DNA of 64,000 nt, taken from a bacterium GBS-1. Its GTDB lineage: Bacteria; Synergistota; GBS-1. The notes under the pieces were generated by a model. It searched no databases. It was not told the DNA's origin and saw only the letters and a program-made list of their open reading frames with translations. The position numbers were made by a program, and so were the translations under genes. The stretch is from contig LEKQ01000001.1 in the NCBI GenBank assembly GCA_001443005.1, positions 594,542 through 658,541 of the forward strand, given 5' to 3'. This document shows positions 43,823-56,743 of the stretch, piece after piece; positions within the stretch are counted from its first letter, which is position 1; every line of letters starts with the position of its first letter.

Positions 43823-45560
43823 TCAAACACCCCCTCTTGTGAAACTTCTTCAAAAGCTCCAAATATTCCCGATATTGAGATGGGGAAAGCGACCCCTCTC
43901 TCCTTAAAGTCCCTTCAAGCTCGTCGAGCCTTTTCTTAAGCTTCCTTAAAAGCAAAGATTCCAACAAACCATCGAAATAAACCTCTATTCTCTCCTCCTC
44001 ACAGGGAAGTTCTCTTAAGAGAAGAGAGGAAAGCAAACCAACAATCTTCTCCTCTCCTTGAGCTTCCTCCATTATTTTATATTCGCTAAAACCCCTTAAA
44101 ATCCTCTCTAAAATCCACCTTAATTTTTCATCCTCAAAGAGATCCAAACCACCAAACTTAATTAGCTTCTCCAGAAAAGCGGGTCTTTTAAGAACAAGCA
44201 AAAGGACCTCCTCCTCAGCCCTTTGAAAACCGTTCTTCTTAGATATAGGTGGAAGCGAAACCCTTACCTTTTCGCCCCTCCCTCGAGAGCTAAGAACCCT
44301 CCGAAGCGTCCTCTCTGAGAGTCCTAACCTTTCAGAAAGCTTCTGGAGAATGATATCCCTATCAACTTCAGAAAGCTCCAACAGGAAGTCTATCCCTTTC
44401 TTTAACGCTTCCCTCTTGCTCTCGATGCTCGCAGGATTGAAATCTTTAAATATCAGATCAAGCCTAAAGTCCCAAAAGCTGCGAGAACTCCTAAGAAGGA
44501 GCTTGAAAGCTTCACCACCATTCTCCGAAACGAAGTCGTCGGGATCCATCCCCACAGGCAGATCAACGACACTAACCTTTAACCCCCTGTTGACGAGAAT
44601 TGATATCCCCCTTAATGTAGCAGACTCCCCCGCAGCATCAGCATCGTAGGCTATGAAAACCTTGGATGCATAACGCGCTATCAAGTTCGCTTGCGCCTCG
44701 GTTAAAGAGGTCCCTAAGGAAGCAACGACAAATCGCACCCCCGCCTGGAATAGCTTTATCATATCCATATACCCTTCGACTAGAACGATACTATCCTCGG
44801 CCTTTATATAGTTTAATGACTTATCTATCCCAAATAGGACCTTTCTTTTGCTGAAAACGGCTGTCTCTGGAGAGTTTAGATACTTGGGCTCTTCTCCTTC
44901 AAGGCTTCTCCCACCAAAGCCAAGGATTCTTCCCCTCTCATCAGCTATGGGGAAGATAATTCTACCCCTGAACTTATCATAATAGCGGCCATCTAAGGAA
45001 AGGGAAGCAAGCCCAGCCCTTAAGAGGTCCTCAGGGTAGAAACCTTTATTAAACATAAAGTTCATCAACGCATCCTTAGAGGATGGAGCATATCCTATCC
45101 TGAAGAGCCTTACTGTAGAAAGATCCAAACCCCTCCTCTTCAAGTAGGATAGCGCTTCACTCCCTTCCTCATCCCAAAGCTTCGTCTCAAAGAAAGCCAA
45201 AGCGAGTTCATTAAGCTTATAAATTTTCTCCCTCTCACGAGCCTCCCTCGTTAAGCTCGTGGGGTCAAGCTCACTTAAGGATATACCAGCCCTTTCAGCG
45301 AGCTTCAAAACCGCATCATGAAAAGAGATCTTCTCCATCCTCATCACAAAACCGACGACATCCCCTCCTGCACCGCAGCCGAAGCAGTGGAATATCTGCT
45401 TCTCCGGACTAACGATGAAAGATGGTGTCTTCTCGCTATGGAAGGGGCAGAGGGCCTTATAGTTCTTACCAGCTCGCTTAAGGGTCACATACTCCGAGAT
45501 GACATCCACTATATCGTTTCTCCTTCTAACTTCCTCAATGAAATCAGGCGTAAGTCGCAA
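43800..45560 (-). CDS. dnaG: DNA primase
   Basis: Zinc-ribbon [11 protein letters not shown]...CFGCGAGGD and TOPRIM block VLVEGYMDM...AYDADAAG. The ORF-track TTG start at 45599 lies inside a strong hairpin. An in-frame TTG at 45560 ([11 protein letters not shown]...) matches usual DnaG N-termini better. Confidence 0.92.
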   Translation of the reverse strand: MRLTPDFIEEVRRRNDIVDVISEYVTLKRAGKNYKALCPFHSEKTPSFIVSPEKQIFHCFGCGAGGDVVGFVMRMEKISFHDAVLKLAERAGISLSELDPTSLTREAREREKIYKLNELALAFFETKLWDEEGSEALSYLKRRGLDLSTVRLFRIGYAPSSKDALMNFMFNKGFYPEDLLRAGLASLSLDGRYYDKFRGRIIFPIADERGRILGFGGRSLEGEEPKYLNSPETAVFSKRKVLFGIDKSLNYIKAEDSIVLVEGYMDMIKLFQAGVRFVVASLGTSLTEAQANLIARYASKVFIAYDADAAGESATLRGISILVNRGLKVSVVDLPVGMDPDDFVSENGGEAFKLLLRSSRSFWDFRLDLIFKDFNPASIESKREALKKGIDFLLELSEVDRDIILQKLSERLGLSERTLRRVLSSRGRGEKVRVSLPPISKKNGFQRAEEEVLLLVLKRPAFLEKLIKFGGLDLFEDEKLRWILERILRGFSEYKIMEEAQGEEKIVGLLSSLLLRELPCEEERIEVYFDGLLESLLLRKLKKRLDELEGTLRREGSLSPSQYREYLELLKKFHKRGCLIDDGGNK

Positions 45561-45585
45561 GCTCCTTAAACCTCCCAAGACAATT

Positions 45586-45620
45586 ATAGGGGACTTCAAC
45601 CCGGGGTTGAAGTCCCCTAT
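45586..45620 (-). promoter_or_regulatory. strong stem-loop between hppA and dnaG
   Basis: A perfect 15-bp stem, ATAGGGGACTTCAAC / GTTGAAGTCCCCTAT, with a 5-nt loop (CCGGG), 32 nt after the hppA stop. No U-tract follows. It overlaps the ORF-track start of dnaG. Confidence 0.55.
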
Positions 45621-45652
45621 GGGTTTAAGCTAAAGTTAGATGATCTTCAAAA

Positions 45653-47605
45653 TTAAAAGAGAGAAGCGAAAACCAAAGCTATTATAGACATAAGCTTGAT
45701 TAGAATGTTAAGGGAAGGTCCAGCCGTATCCTTAAAAGGATCACCCACGGTATCTCCAACAACTGCAGCAGCATGGGTAGGAGTCCCCTTGCCACCAAAG
45801 TGTCCCTCTTCTATGTATTTCTTAGCGTTATCCCAAGCGCCACCAGCGTTGGCCATGAAAACGGCAAGAAGAACTCCCGTTATTATGGAACCAGCCAAAA
45901 GCCCTCCTAACGCTTCCTTGCCCAGAATGAAACCAACGAGGAGCGGAGAGACTATAGCCAACATTCCAGGAAGCACCATCTGCTTTAAAGCTCCAGCCGT
46001 GCTTATATCTATACATCTATTATAGTCAGGTTTTGCCTTACCCTCAAGTAAACCTGGTATCTCCCTAAACTGACGACGAACCTCCTCAACCATAAAGTAA
46101 GCAGCTCTACCAACAGCCTCTAAAGCGAAGGAGCAAAAGAGGAATGGAAGCATACCACCTATGAAAGCACCTGCTATAACCTTAGGAGATATCAAGGATA
46201 TGACCTTAAGGTCAACGGCAGTACTATAAGCTGAGAACAGAGCTAGAGCTGTAAGGGCAGCAGAACCTATCGCAAGCCCCTTACCTATAGCAGCTGTCGT
46301 ATTTCCAACAGCATCTAACCTATCGGTTATCTTCCTAACCTCCGGTGGAAGCCCAGCCATCTCAGCTATACCCCCAGCGTTATCAGCTATAGGCCCATAG
46401 GCATCGATGGAAAGATTCATACCCGTTAAAGCGAGCATCCCAACCGCTGCCACGGCTATCCCATAAAGACCACCAAAGTGATAAGAAACGAGTACGGAAC
46501 CTACGAGAACCAAAACGGGTAAGGCGGTACTTTTCATACCTACGGCTATGCCCATAAGTATATCGGTAGCCGCTCCCGTCTGAGCGGACTCAGCTATTCT
46601 CTTAACCGGGTTATACAGAGAAGAGGTATAATATTCCGTTAAAAGCCCTATGGCGATTCCAGCGATATCTCCTGCAACCACAGCCCAGAATAGATTCAAA
46701 CTATCAAATAGAAATCTCGTTATAAAGAAGCTAGAAACTATTATGAGGATCCCTGTTATATAAGTTCCCCTTCTTAAGGCAAGCTGAGGATCTTCATCCT
46801 TTCTGATACGTACGAAATAGGTCCCTACTATGGCAGAAAGGATACCCATGCTTGAGAGGATAAGGGGATAAGCCACACCCTTAACCCCGTAAACGACAGC
46901 CCCGATGATCATAGCAGCTATTATAGAGTTCACGTAGGACTCGAAGAGATCAGCGCCCATACCGGCTATATCCCCAACGTTATCTCCCACGTTATCGGCT
47001 ATAACTGCAGGGTTCCTTGGGTCATCCTCAGGAATACCAGCTTCTACCTTTCCTACAAGATCCGCTCCAACGTCAGCAGCTTTAGTGTAAATTCCACCAC
47101 CAACACGAGCAAACAAAGCTATAGAGCTTGCCCCAAAACCAAAACCATTTATTATATTGGGATCACCAAAAATAGAGTAAAGAACCGCAACCCCCAATAT
47201 CCCGAGACCCACAACCGACATACCCATAACCGTCCCGCCCATGAAAGCGATTCTCAGAGCAGGAGCAACGCCTTGCGTAGCCGCATAAGCAGTTTTACCG
47301 TTGGTCTTCGTAGCTATGTTCATGCCCACATATCCCGCAAGAGCTGAGCAGAAAGCCCCTGACACGAAAGCGATAGCCGTGGAGAGGCTCACCTTCCAGA
47401 CCAATACCAGAGCAACTATTATTACAAAGGGAACAAGAACCTTGTACTCCCTGAAGAGGAAGGTCATAGCGCCACCGTGAATTATGTTCGATAGCTCCCT
47501 AATCCTCTCGGGACCAGGATCAGCCTTCCCCACCCTATTAGCGGCGTAAGCCGCAAAAATAAGCGCCAGTATCCCAACCATAATTGAGAACATTATAACA
47601 CCCAT
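45653..47605 (-). CDS. hppA: membrane-bound ion-translocating pyrophosphatase (K+-dependent type)
   Basis: 650 aa with [19 protein letters not shown] (Ala rather than Lys at the K+-dependence position) and [10 protein letters not shown] blocks. Confidence 0.92.
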   Translation of the reverse strand: MGVIMFSIMVGILALIFAAYAANRVGKADPGPERIRELSNIIHGGAMTFLFREYKVLVPFVIIVALVLVWKVSLSTAIAFVSGAFCSALAGYVGMNIATKTNGKTAYAATQGVAPALRIAFMGGTVMGMSVVGLGILGVAVLYSIFGDPNIINGFGFGASSIALFARVGGGIYTKAADVGADLVGKVEAGIPEDDPRNPAVIADNVGDNVGDIAGMGADLFESYVNSIIAAMIIGAVVYGVKGVAYPLILSSMGILSAIVGTYFVRIRKDEDPQLALRRGTYITGILIIVSSFFITRFLFDSLNLFWAVVAGDIAGIAIGLLTEYYTSSLYNPVKRIAESAQTGAATDILMGIAVGMKSTALPVLVLVGSVLVSYHFGGLYGIAVAAVGMLALTGMNLSIDAYGPIADNAGGIAEMAGLPPEVRKITDRLDAVGNTTAAIGKGLAIGSAALTALALFSAYSTAVDLKVISLISPKVIAGAFIGGMLPFLFCSFALEAVGRAAYFMVEEVRRQFREIPGLLEGKAKPDYNRCIDISTAGALKQMVLPGMLAIVSPLLVGFILGKEALGGLLAGSIITGVLLAVFMANAGGAWDNAKKYIEEGHFGGKGTPTHAAAVVGDTVGDPFKDTAGPSLNILIKLMSIIALVFASLF

Positions 47606-47621
47606 TTAAAGCACCTCCCCT

Positions 47622-48683
47622 TTAGATGTTATACCAGGCTTCGCTCCTCCAAGGATGGGGGAGAAGAAGCTCATCGAATACCTGTAAAGCATATCTATCG
47701 GTCATACCAGCTATGTAATCGATTATCACCCTCTCACGCCCGTCAGAGAGGCTCCTCTCCCTAAAGCCATAAGGCAAGTGCTCCGGATGCTCCATAAAGA
47801 ACTCGAAGAGCTTCTTAAGCATGAAACGAACGCGCGGTTTCTCCCGCTGAGCGATATCACCCATATAAACTCTATCGTAAAGAAACTTCCTGAGTTCTTC
47901 CATCGCATCAAGAAGCTCTTGGCTCAAAACTATCTCACCTTTATTCATACTCATCCTAACGCAGTCCTTAACCATCTTGTCTATTCTCTCACCATGAGTC
48001 TTACCCAGGAAAGCTACAGCCTCCCTTGGAAGATCCTCGACGGAAACAAGATTGGCCCTTAAAGCATCATCCAAATCATGATTCAAATAAGCTATACAGT
48101 CTGAAATTCTAACTACCATTCCCTCAAGAGTCAAGGGGGGATCCGATGAAAACCCAAGGCTAAAATCCACTTGCCCCTTGGAGTGCTTCAATATACCATC
48201 TCTAACCTCCAAAGTAAGATTGAGCCCCTTTCCGTCTCGTTCAAGCCTATCCACGATCCTCAGGCTCTGCTCAGCGTGCTTGAAGCCACCCAAGCCTATC
48301 TCCCTCGATATCTCATCCAGAACCTCCTCCCCCATATGCCCAAACGGAGTGTGTCCAAGATCATGGCCTAAAGCTATGGCTTCAGTTAGATCCTCATTAA
48401 GACGCAAGGCCCTCGCTATCGTCCTCGCTATCTGAGCGACCTCAAGAGTATGAGTCAACCTCGTCCTATAGTGGTCTCCCTGAGGAGATAGAAGGACCTG
48501 CGTCTTATATTTCAGACGCCTAAAGGACTTAGAATGAATTATTCTATCCCTATCCCTCTGATAGCAGGTCCTTAAATCGCACTCCTTCTCAGGCTTTAAT
48601 CTTCCTCTGCTACGCTTCGCCAAAGATGCGTAGGGGGATAGAGTACTCTCCTCTATGCTTTCAGTTATTTCTCTGATGACCAT
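47622..48683 (-). CDS. dGTPase-like HD-domain triphosphohydrolase (Dgt family, short form)
   Basis: 353 aa with [15 protein letters not shown] and [13 protein letters not shown] blocks. Confidence 0.85.
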   Translation of the reverse strand: MVIREITESIEESTLSPYASLAKRSRGRLKPEKECDLRTCYQRDRDRIIHSKSFRRLKYKTQVLLSPQGDHYRTRLTHTLEVAQIARTIARALRLNEDLTEAIALGHDLGHTPFGHMGEEVLDEISREIGLGGFKHAEQSLRIVDRLERDGKGLNLTLEVRDGILKHSKGQVDFSLGFSSDPPLTLEGMVVRISDCIAYLNHDLDDALRANLVSVEDLPREAVAFLGKTHGERIDKMVKDCVRMSMNKGEIVLSQELLDAMEELRKFLYDRVYMGDIAQREKPRVRFMLKKLFEFFMEHPEHLPYGFRERSLSDGRERVIIDYIAGMTDRYALQVFDELLLPHPWRSEAWYNI

Positions 48684-51334
48684 CCCTTCCCATCTTCGCT
48701 CAGCTTAGCGTGAGCAGCAGCAAGGCGTGCAACAGGAACTCTAAAGGGAGAACAGCTCACGTAGTTTAAGCCTATCTGATGGCAGAACTCTATAGAAGAT
48801 GGCTCTCCACCATGCTCTCCACATATTCCTATCTTAAGGTTAGGTCTGGTCTTCCTACCCTTTTCAACAGCTATTTTCATCAAAGCGCCAACACCATCTC
48901 TATCAAGCACCTCAAATGGGTTATGCTTAAGGATACCCTTCTCTATATACTGTGGCAAGAACTTACCCTCTACATCATCTCTCGAGAAACCAAAAACAGT
49001 CTGAGTCAGGTCGTTCGTACCAAAGGAGAAGAACTCAGCATACTTAGCTATCTCATCGGCGGTTAGAGCTGCTCTGGGTAACTCAATCATAGTTCCGACA
49101 TGGTACTCAACCCTGACGCCCGCTTTGCTCATCTCCTCTTCAGCAACCCTAACCACCATCTCCCTTAAAATCTCCATCTCCTTCCAATGCCCAACTATAG
49201 GAAGCATCACATCTGGAAGCGCCTTACAACCCTCCTTAACAAGCCTAGTAGCCGCCCTAAATATCGCCCTAACCTGCATCTCGTATATCTCCGGGTAGAC
49301 TATACCAAGGCGACAACCTCTAAAGCCAAGCATGGGGTTAGCCTCCTGAAGAGCCCTAACCTTCTTTAAAAGTTCCCTCTTTTCCTCAATAAGCAAAGCG
49401 TTCTTCTCAGGCTCCTTCTCGAGCTCCATGAGCTCCTCAAGTATCTCCCTCTCCTTGGGCAGGAATTCATGAAGAGGCGGATCAAGAAGCCTTATGGTCA
49501 CAGGATAACCTTCCATAGCCTTGAGTATCTCGTAGAAATCTCCTTCTTGCATAGGCAAAATCTCATCCAAAGCGCTTTCCCTTTCCTCCCTCGTCATAGC
49601 CATTATCATTCTCTTAACTGCGGGAAGCCTATCCTCAGCCATAAACATATGCTCAGTACGACAGAGACCTATACCCTTAGCTCCAAACTCCCTTGCCCTC
49701 CTCGCATCTTCAGGCGTATCAGCGTTAGCCCAAACCTGAAGGCGCGCGATCTCGTCAGCCCAAGAAAGAAGCTCCCTAAACTCGGGGCTCATCGATGGCT
49801 CAACCATTGGGACCTCTCCAAGTATAACTATCCCCCTGCTCCCATCTATGGTTATTACGTCCCCCTTCTTAACCACTACATTCCCTACAGTGAAAACCTC
49901 CTTCTCAAGGTCTATGCTTATAGCCTCACATCCAACAACACAAGGCTTACCCATACCTCTTGCCACAACCGCAGCGTGACTCGTCATGCCACCCCTACTA
50001 GTCAATATCCCTTGTGCCGCATAAAGACCATGAATATCATCGGGAGTCGTCTCAGGTCTGACCAAGATCACCTTCTCACCCCTGCTTCCTAACTCGCTAG
50101 CCTCATCGGCAGTGAAAACCACCTTACCACAGGCAGCACCAGGTGAAGCCGGAAGCCCCTTGGCCAAAACATCATATTTGGCGCTCGGGTCTACCTGCCT
50201 ATGAAGGAGGGTCTCAACCTGCTTCGGCGAAACCATCCTTACAGCCGTAGCCTTATCTATTATCCCCTCTTTAACCATATCCACAGCGATCTTCACCGCT
50301 GCCTGAGCGGTTCTCTTTCCAGACCTCGTCTGAAGAAGATAAAGCTTCCCCTTTTCAACGGTGAACTCTATATCCTGAACGTCCTTGTAATACCTCTCAA
50401 GCTGATCGCAAACCCTCTTTAACTCCTCATAAATCTCAGGCAAAGCCTCGGCCATCTTCTCTATAGGAAGGGGCGTCCTTATACCTGCAACCACATCTTC
50501 ACCTTGGGCATTAAGCAAAAACTCACCATATATCTTCTTCTCGCCGGTCGATGGATTTCTAGTAAATGCCACACCTGTTCCAGAGTCATTGCCCCTGTTA
50601 CCGAAAACCATGGTCTGTACGTTAACCGCGGTTCCCATCTCTTCCGATATACCATGTATCTTTCTATAAACCTTAGCTCTCTCGTTGTTCCACGATTCAA
50701 AAACGGCAGCTATAGCCATAAAAAGCTGCTCCCAGACATCCTGTGGAAACTCTTTGCCGGTCTTCTTCTTGACCAACTCCTTATAATCCTCGATGACCTT
50801 CTTCCAAGTTACAGCATCTACCTCAGTATCATACTTAACACCCTTCTCCCTCTTCCATTTCTCTATAATATGCTCGAACTCCTCGTGAGGAATTCCCATA
50901 ACGACGTTCCCAAACATCTGTATGAACCTACGGTAGCTATCATAAGCGAACCTTTCATCACCCGTTTGAGCTATAAGCCCCTTAACCGTCTCATCGTTGA
51001 GACCAAGGTTAAGAATGGTATCCATCATCCCAGGCATCGATACAGGAGCACCAGACCTAACGGAAACCAAAAGAGGATTATTCACATCACCAAACCTTTT
51101 ACCAGTCTTCTCCTCAAGGATCTCCATTTTCTTCCTGACCTCAGGTTCTATCTCTTTTAGAACCTCTTTGCCAAGCTTCAAGTACTTTCTACAAACCTCG
51201 GTTGTAATGGTAAAACCGGGAGGAACAGGTAAGCCAGCTTTTGTCATCTCCGCAAGCCCAGCACCCTTTCCACCAAGCAGAGCCCTTAAACTCTCACTCC
51301 CCTCCTCAAACAGATATATCAGCTTTTCTGCCAT
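48665..51334 (-). CDS. ppdK: pyruvate, phosphate dikinase
   Basis: Blocks [12 protein letters not shown], the phosphohistidine loop [22 protein letters not shown] and GLCRTEHMF. The start ATG at 51334 ([12 protein letters not shown]) is 7 nt behind GGAGGGGG. The ORF-track start at 51373 adds 13 aa. Confidence 0.93.
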   Translation of the reverse strand: MAEKLIYLFEEGSESLRALLGGKGAGLAEMTKAGLPVPPGFTITTEVCRKYLKLGKEVLKEIEPEVRKKMEILEEKTGKRFGDVNNPLLVSVRSGAPVSMPGMMDTILNLGLNDETVKGLIAQTGDERFAYDSYRRFIQMFGNVVMGIPHEEFEHIIEKWKREKGVKYDTEVDAVTWKKVIEDYKELVKKKTGKEFPQDVWEQLFMAIAAVFESWNNERAKVYRKIHGISEEMGTAVNVQTMVFGNRGNDSGTGVAFTRNPSTGEKKIYGEFLLNAQGEDVVAGIRTPLPIEKMAEALPEIYEELKRVCDQLERYYKDVQDIEFTVEKGKLYLLQTRSGKRTAQAAVKIAVDMVKEGIIDKATAVRMVSPKQVETLLHRQVDPSAKYDVLAKGLPASPGAACGKVVFTADEASELGSRGEKVILVRPETTPDDIHGLYAAQGILTSRGGMTSHAAVVARGMGKPCVVGCEAISIDLEKEVFTVGNVVVKKGDVITIDGSRGIVILGEVPMVEPSMSPEFRELLSWADEIARLQVWANADTPEDARRAREFGAKGIGLCRTEHMFMAEDRLPAVKRMIMAMTREERESALDEILPMQEGDFYEILKAMEGYPVTIRLLDPPLHEFLPKEREILEELMELEKEPEKNALLIEEKRELLKKVRALQEANPMLGFRGCRLGIVYPEIYEMQVRAIFRAATRLVKEGCKALPDVMLPIVGHWKEMEILREMVVRVAEEEMSKAGVRVEYHVGTMIELPRAALTADEIAKYAEFFSFGTNDLTQTVFGFSRDDVEGKFLPQYIEKGILKHNPFEVLDRDGVGALMKIAVEKGRKTRPNLKIGICGEHGGEPSSIEFCHQIGLNYVSCSPFRVPVARLAAAHAKLSEDGKGWSSEK

Positions 51335-52154
51335 CGAGGAGCCCCCTCCTCTCCAAGTGATATATAATCTCATGAGCGGTTTCCTCTATCGCCTTATTTG
51401 TAACATCTATCACAGGCACACCAAGCCTCCTCATCACCCCCTCCGCATACTCAAGCTCCTGAAGAACCCTCTCCAGCTTAACGTAATTGACCTCTGGTCC
51501 AAGGCCCATCAGCTTCAACCTCTCCTGTCTTATTTGAACAAGCTTCTCAGGGTGAATCGTTAGGCCGAAGATTCTCCTCCTGTCTATCTCCAACAACTCC
51601 TTAGGAACCTCCACCTCCGGGATAAGAGGAACGTTAGCAGCGAAAATGCCCCTATAAGCGAGATACATGGACACGGGCGTCTTTGAAGATCTGGAAACCC
51701 CTATTAAAACCACATCCGCGCCCTTAATTCCAGGAAGATATCTACCGTCATCACACTTTACTGCAAATTCTATAGCCCTTATCCTTCTAAAGTAGGCCTC
51801 ATCCATCCTCCTTAAAAGACCAGGACGCTCCTTAGCCCTCATCCCAGAGACTCTCTCAATCGAGGATATAACAGGGCCTAAAACGTCAACGCTAAATATC
51901 TCTGCCTCTTTGGCCTTCCTCATCATGTATTCTCTTAGGGCTGAAGAGGCTAGGGTATAAATTACCAAGGATGCACCTTCTTTCAAGGCCAGATTCATAA
52001 TCTCATCTATATTGGCCTTACTCGTAATAGAGGGGAATTTATCCAAAGTATAATTAAGGCCCTCAAATTGAGACAACGCAGCTTTACAAACCAACTCAGC
52101 TGTCTCACCTGTAGAATCGGAAACCACGAAAATTCGAAAGATCCCCCCAGGCAT
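51306..52154 (-). CDS. PPDK regulatory protein (bifunctional kinase/pyrophosphorylase, DUF299)
   Basis: 282 aa with VVSDSTGETAE and the P-loop-like block LIGVSRSSKTPVSMYLA. It lies directly upstream of ppdK. Confidence 0.85.
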   Translation of the reverse strand: MPGGIFRIFVVSDSTGETAELVCKAALSQFEGLNYTLDKFPSITSKANIDEIMNLALKEGASLVIYTLASSALREYMMRKAKEAEIFSVDVLGPVISSIERVSGMRAKERPGLLRRMDEAYFRRIRAIEFAVKCDDGRYLPGIKGADVVLIGVSRSSKTPVSMYLAYRGIFAANVPLIPEVEVPKELLEIDRRRIFGLTIHPEKLVQIRQERLKLMGLGPEVNYVKLERVLQELEYAEGVMRRLGVPVIDVTNKAIEETAHEIIYHLERRGLLDGRKADISV

Positions 52155-52156
52155 TA

Positions 52157-54232
52157 CTAAACCCCCAGCATCCAGATAGCACCTATCCTTTCAACACATT
52201 CCTTTATGGACTTAAGGAGCCTTAGCCTGTTTAATTTAAGCTCCTCCTGAGGAGCCATGACTAAAACCTTGTCGAAAAAGCGATTTATAAGATCAGTAAG
52301 AGAGAAAAGCTCCAGCAAAAACTCAGGGTAATCTCCACTAAGGAAGCTCTTTTCCGCCCTAGGTTTGACTTGAGAAAAGGCCTCGTAAAGCTCTCTCTCT
52401 GCCTCCTCGACTAAAAGCTCCTCCTTAACCTCTCCATCCACGCTTAACCCCTTCAATATGTTAACCACCCTTACGAAGGCTGAAACGAACCTCCTGAAAT
52501 CCTCCCTGTTAATGAACTCACTTAATACGGAAGCCCTCCTTAAAAGCTCATATGGCTTAAACCAATCTGAAGCTATAACGCATTCAGAAAGCGCGTGCTC
52601 AAAACCCTTCTCCTTCAGCTGGTTAAATATTCTATTTTTAAGAAATTCAAATACCTCCTCCTTCACACCATTGGGAGCCTTAAGAAGCTCAACACTCCTT
52701 AAAACCAAGTAATCCAAGGACAGGGTTAATCCCCTCTGCCATATTATCTCATTTATGGCACGAGCCTGCCTTCTTAAAGCGTACGGATCCTGAGAACCGG
52801 TTGGTGCCAAACCAGCCATGAAACAAGCTACTATCGTATCCATCTTATCAGCCAAGCTCACAATTGTGCCCGTCCACGTCTTGGGCAGTTCATCTCCAGC
52901 AAAGCGCGGAAGATAATGCTCATATATACCCCAAGCTACTTCCTCACTCTCACCGAACTTTAAAGCATATTCTCTTCCCATTATCCCTTGAAGCTCTGGA
53001 AACTCGCTAACCATATCTGTAACGAGGTCAGCTTTGGCGAGATAAGCGGTTCTAGAAACCACTTCTGAAGAGACAGGAAAACCAAGAATGGCATTAATAT
53101 CAAGCGATAAGGCCCTTATCCTTTCCATCTTATCATACATCGTCCCCACTTTCTCAAGAAATACAACGCCCTTAAGAAGGGGAACTCTATCCTCAAGGGG
53201 AACCTCAAGATCCTTTTTATAATAAAAGTCTGCGTCCTCAAAGCGAGCCTCTAAAACTCTTTCATACCCCTCGATTATGGGATCCATAACTGATGCCCTA
53301 TTATTGCTGACAGCTATAAAATGGGGCAAAAGTTTACCATCCCCAGAGTAAACCGGGAAGTACCTCTGATTAACCTTCATAACCATAACGAGAACTTCGC
53401 TCGGAAGCTTGAGAAATTCCTCCCTAAAATCCCCCTTAACTACAACTGGGTATTCCGTTAAAAAGACGTTTTCCTCAAGCAGATCCTCATCTACCAACTC
53501 CTTTCCCCCGACGCTTCTCTGAAGCTTCTTAACCCCCTCTTCTATTATGGTCCTCCTCTTCGCTGGGTCAAATATGACAAACTCCCTCTCTAAACTAAAG
53601 AAGAAGTCCTTCACATCTTTCACCTCAAACTCAGCCCGTCCCATAAACCTATGCCCCCGCGTCCTTCTACCGCTTTTAATTCCGTCAAGCTCAAACTCTA
53701 TTACCTCATCTCCATAGAGAGCCAAAAACCAGCGTATGGGTCTTAGAAACTTCAGGCTCCCCTTCCATCTCATAGACTTAGGAAGGGGTAAAGATGTAAC
53801 AAGTCGAGGCAAAAGATAAGCCAAAACTTCCGCTGTCTTCCTTCCTTTATGCCTTTTGATGGCGAAAACATACTCCCCCTGATCCGTATCCTTCACAACA
53901 AGATCCTCTACCCTAACCCCTCTTGATCTGGCAAAGCCAATTGCGGCTTGTGTAGGCAAGCCATTAGCATCGAAAGCAACTCTTCTTGCAGGTCCCTTAA
54001 TCTCTTCGATCAGATCCTCTTGATCCTCGGAAAGCCCCTTTACGAACAGAATGAGCCTCCTTGGCGTACCAAAGGTCTCCACCTCATCAAACTTCAAGCG
54101 CTCACTGTTAAATATTGAAAGGGATAACTCCTTAAGTAAATGAAGGAGCTCAGGGATGCTTCTTGCTGGTAGTTCTTCAGTCCCTATCTCAAAAACTAAG
54201 TCCCTCACCATTTTCAAAACAACCCCCTTCAA
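52157..54232 (-). CDS. glyS: glycine--tRNA ligase beta subunit
   Basis: 691 aa with [12 protein letters not shown] and GTPRRL blocks, coupled to glyQ by a 4-nt overlap. Confidence 0.92.
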   Translation of the reverse strand: MKGVVLKMVRDLVFEIGTEELPARSIPELLHLLKELSLSIFNSERLKFDEVETFGTPRRLILFVKGLSEDQEDLIEEIKGPARRVAFDANGLPTQAAIGFARSRGVRVEDLVVKDTDQGEYVFAIKRHKGRKTAEVLAYLLPRLVTSLPLPKSMRWKGSLKFLRPIRWFLALYGDEVIEFELDGIKSGRRTRGHRFMGRAEFEVKDVKDFFFSLEREFVIFDPAKRRTIIEEGVKKLQRSVGGKELVDEDLLEENVFLTEYPVVVKGDFREEFLKLPSEVLVMVMKVNQRYFPVYSGDGKLLPHFIAVSNNRASVMDPIIEGYERVLEARFEDADFYYKKDLEVPLEDRVPLLKGVVFLEKVGTMYDKMERIRALSLDINAILGFPVSSEVVSRTAYLAKADLVTDMVSEFPELQGIMGREYALKFGESEEVAWGIYEHYLPRFAGDELPKTWTGTIVSLADKMDTIVACFMAGLAPTGSQDPYALRRQARAINEIIWQRGLTLSLDYLVLRSVELLKAPNGVKEEVFEFLKNRIFNQLKEKGFEHALSECVIASDWFKPYELLRRASVLSEFINREDFRRFVSAFVRVVNILKGLSVDGEVKEELLVEEAERELYEAFSQVKPRAEKSFLSGDYPEFLLELFSLTDLINRFFDKVLVMAPQEELKLNRLRLLKSIKECVERIGAIWMLGV

Positions 54233-55110
54233 AACTTGTTAAGCAATGGAAAGCCCATCTCTTCCCTTTGCTTTATATAAGCTAAGGCGCACTTCCTAGC
54301 AAGATTTCTAACCCTTGAGATATAGTGAGTCCTTTCGGCAACGCTTATAGCCCCTCTCGCATCAAGGAGATTAAAGGTATGAGAGCATTTAAGAACGTAA
54401 TCATAAGAAGGAAGAACCAGCCCTTTCTCAACAAGTCTTGCAGCCTCCCTTTCATACATCTCAAAGAGCTTTTGAAGCATATCCACATCAGCCTCATCAA
54501 AGTTATATATTGAGTACTCAACCTCTCCCTTGTGATGTATGTCTCCATAGGTAACCGACCCAACCCACTTAAGCTCGAAGACGGATTTAACCTTCTGAAT
54601 GAACATGGCTATCCTCTCAATCCCATAGGTCAGCTCAACGGGTATGGGATCAAGGTCAACTCCCCCAACCTGCTGAAAGTAGGTGAATTGGGTTATCTCC
54701 ATACCATCGAGCCATACCTCCCATCCCATACCCCATGCGCCCAAAGTAGGGGCCTCCCAATCATCCTCCACAAACCTAATATCATGCTCTTTTGGATCTA
54801 TACCAAGGGCTTCCAAGCTCTTGAGATAAAGTTCCTGAACGTCATCAGGAGCTGGCTTCAATATCACCTGATATTGGTAGTAATGCTGAAGCCTATTGGG
54901 ATTCTCGCCATATCTCCCATCGGTAGGACGACGAGAGGGCTCCACATAGGCCACACGCCAGGGTTCCGGTCCTAAAGACCTCAAAGTGGTGGCAGGATTC
55001 ATGGTCCCCGCCCCAACCTCGATATCATATGGCTGTTGGATAACACATCCCTGTTCAGCCCAAAACCTTTCAAGCCTAAATATCACTTCCTGAAAGTTCA
55101 AACTTAACAC
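54229..55110 (-). CDS. glyQ: glycine--tRNA ligase alpha subunit
   Basis: 293 aa with [50 protein letters not shown] and [19 protein letters not shown] blocks. Confidence 0.95.
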   Translation of the reverse strand: MLSLNFQEVIFRLERFWAEQGCVIQQPYDIEVGAGTMNPATTLRSLGPEPWRVAYVEPSRRPTDGRYGENPNRLQHYYQYQVILKPAPDDVQELYLKSLEALGIDPKEHDIRFVEDDWEAPTLGAWGMGWEVWLDGMEITQFTYFQQVGGVDLDPIPVELTYGIERIAMFIQKVKSVFELKWVGSVTYGDIHHKGEVEYSIYNFDEADVDMLQKLFEMYEREAARLVEKGLVLPSYDYVLKCSHTFNLLDARGAISVAERTHYISRVRNLARKCALAYIKQREEMGFPLLNKF

Positions 55111-55813
55111 CCCCCAATATCTTATCAGATACCAATTTCAAATATAAAGAAATTTCTTTCAAATATTTTAAATCAAAAGCTCTACTTTTAAAAGTGGCAA
55201 AGGAACCTTTTTGAGCATCTCGCATTATAGTTATAGCCTCGTCATCAAGCTTGATAACCTCTCCTGAAGAGCAATCCTCACAAAGAGGAAAAAGCGAATC
55301 CCCACTTACATAGGCCACTCCCCTAAGATCTTGACCGCAGGAATAGCAGACATCAAATCTAGGAAGATAGCCAAGGATGTTAAGAACCTTAACGGAAGCA
55401 ACAAGCTCACCAAGGGTAGGGTCGCCATCCTCCTCAAGAAATTTCAAAAAGGCAAGGGAAGAATCAAACAGCTTCGGCTCAGGAAGCTCATAGGGAAGAA
55501 GTTCCTCAATAAGACGAAGATAAGATAGGCTCGCCCTCAACCTATCTAAAGAGGACCTTACCTTCCAGAAACTCCTTCCCAAATCAAACTCTTTAAGATA
55601 AAGGTTCCCACGCGTAGAGCGATAAACGCTCATCACCCCATAATTCAATGGCTCTAGGAGACCCCCAAACCTATTTGGAATCTTAGCGGCACCAGGTGCG
55701 ATAACCAAAAGCTTCCCCTTCTCTCTCGTAAAGATGGAGAGAAGCTTATCTGATCTCACAACTTTCCTGCCAAGGATTAAAGCATGAAGGTGGATAAACC
55801 TATCGAAAACCAT
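55076..55813 (-). CDS. recO: DNA repair protein RecO
   Basis: 245 aa with an N-terminal OB-fold-like region and a Cys4 zinc motif (CYSCG...CEDC). It sits between era and glyQ, as in Firmicutes. Confidence 0.8.
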   Translation of the reverse strand: MVFDRFIHLHALILGRKVVRSDKLLSIFTREKGKLLVIAPGAAKIPNRFGGLLEPLNYGVMSVYRSTRGNLYLKEFDLGRSFWKVRSSLDRLRASLSYLRLIEELLPYELPEPKLFDSSLAFLKFLEEDGDPTLGELVASVKVLNILGYLPRFDVCYSCGQDLRGVAYVSGDSLFPLCEDCSSGEVIKLDDEAITIMRDAQKGSFATFKSRAFDLKYLKEISLYLKLVSDKILGGVKFELSGSDI

Positions 55814-55819
55814 TTCCCC

Positions 55820-56743
55820 TCAATACTCCGAAAAACCTAACCTCCTAACATCGCTCTCCGACATTCTCCAGTCCTCTCTAACCTTAACCCAAAGCTCAAG
55901 GAAAACCTTCGACCCTAAGATATGTTCTATCTCTTCCCGAGCCATCCTCCCTATCTTCTTGAGCATGCTTCCCCCTTTACCTATGACTATCTTCCTATGA
56001 GAATCTCTCTCCACATATATAGTAGCCCTTATGTAAACCAGATTCTTGTTCTCTCTCCTTTCCATCTCTTCCAGAACAACCGCAACCGAGTAAGGTATCT
56101 CCTGATGAAGCTCATTAAACAGCTTCTCCCTTATTATCTCCGATATCAAAAACTTAAGCGACTGATCAGTAACCATGTTATCTGGGTAAAGGGGTTCACC
56201 ATAAGGTAAGTGCTCAAATATCTTCTCGATAAGTACATCCAAGTTGGTTCCCTTAAAGGCAGAGATGGGTATAACCTCCCTGAAGTAAAGCTTATCCTGA
56301 TAAAGCTCAATAGCTCTCCAAAAGGCCTCCTTATATTCAAGCAGATCTATCTTATTAACCAAGAGAAACTTGGGAGTATCTACCTTACTCAAAAGGGATA
56401 TTATGATCTCATCCTCGGGTGATATCTCCTGATCGCTTGCCTCAACCAAGTAAAGTATAAGGTCAACCCCTTCAAGCGACTCCATGGCTATCTTAACCAT
56501 CTCTTCCCCCAAAAGATGCCTTGGCTTATGAATTCCAGGCGTATCAATGAAAACTATCTGTCCCTCCGGCCGAGTGAGAATCCCTCTAACTTGGGTCCTC
56601 GTGGTCTGAGGCTTGGGAGAAACTATAGCGACCTTCCTCCCCAAAAGAGCATTCATTAGGGTTGACTTTCCCACATTTGGTCTTCCGACCAAAGCAACGA
56701 AGCCCATCTTTTTCTTGCTCACCTTATCAGTTTGAACCCCCAT
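55820..56743 (-). CDS. era: GTPase Era
   Basis: G1 GRPNVGKST, G3 DTPG and G4 NKID, plus a C-terminal KH domain (VIGKGGSMLKKIG). The start could instead be the Met at 56707. Confidence 0.93.
   Translation of the reverse strand: MGVQTDKVSKKKMGFVALVGRPNVGKSTLMNALLGRKVAIVSPKPQTTRTQVRGILTRPEGQIVFIDTPGIHKPRHLLGEEMVKIAMESLEGVDLILYLVEASDQEISPEDEIIISLLSKVDTPKFLLVNKIDLLEYKEAFWRAIELYQDKLYFREVIPISAFKGTNLDVLIEKIFEHLPYGEPLYPDNMVTDQSLKFLISEIIREKLFNELHQEIPYSVAVVLEEMERRENKNLVYIRATIYVERDSHRKIVIGKGGSMLKKIGRMAREEIEHILGSKVFLELWVKVREDWRMSESDVRRLGFSEY

Noticed and set aside
47622-48683. dGTPase-like HD protein as a possible anti-phage dNTP-depletion defence gene
   Set aside because: It sits in a conserved housekeeping block (ppdK ... 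dnaG-rpoD), overlaps ppdK by 19 nt, and has no neighbouring defence-type or mobile genes. A housekeeping Dgt-like role is more parsimonious.
49569-49578. Extra exact copy of AAAGCGCTTT
   Set aside because: It lies inside the ppdK coding sequence, where it encodes ESAL on the minus strand, far from any promoter. I treat it as a chance occurrence and as a caution for the TAXI-motif finding.
49469-51563. Three plus-strand ORFs of 188-218 aa (49469-50092, 50504-51160, 50997-51563)
   Set aside because: All lie antisense to ppdK or the PDRP gene, whose identity is unambiguous. Their products are Leu/Ser/Pro/His-rich with no recognisable motifs.
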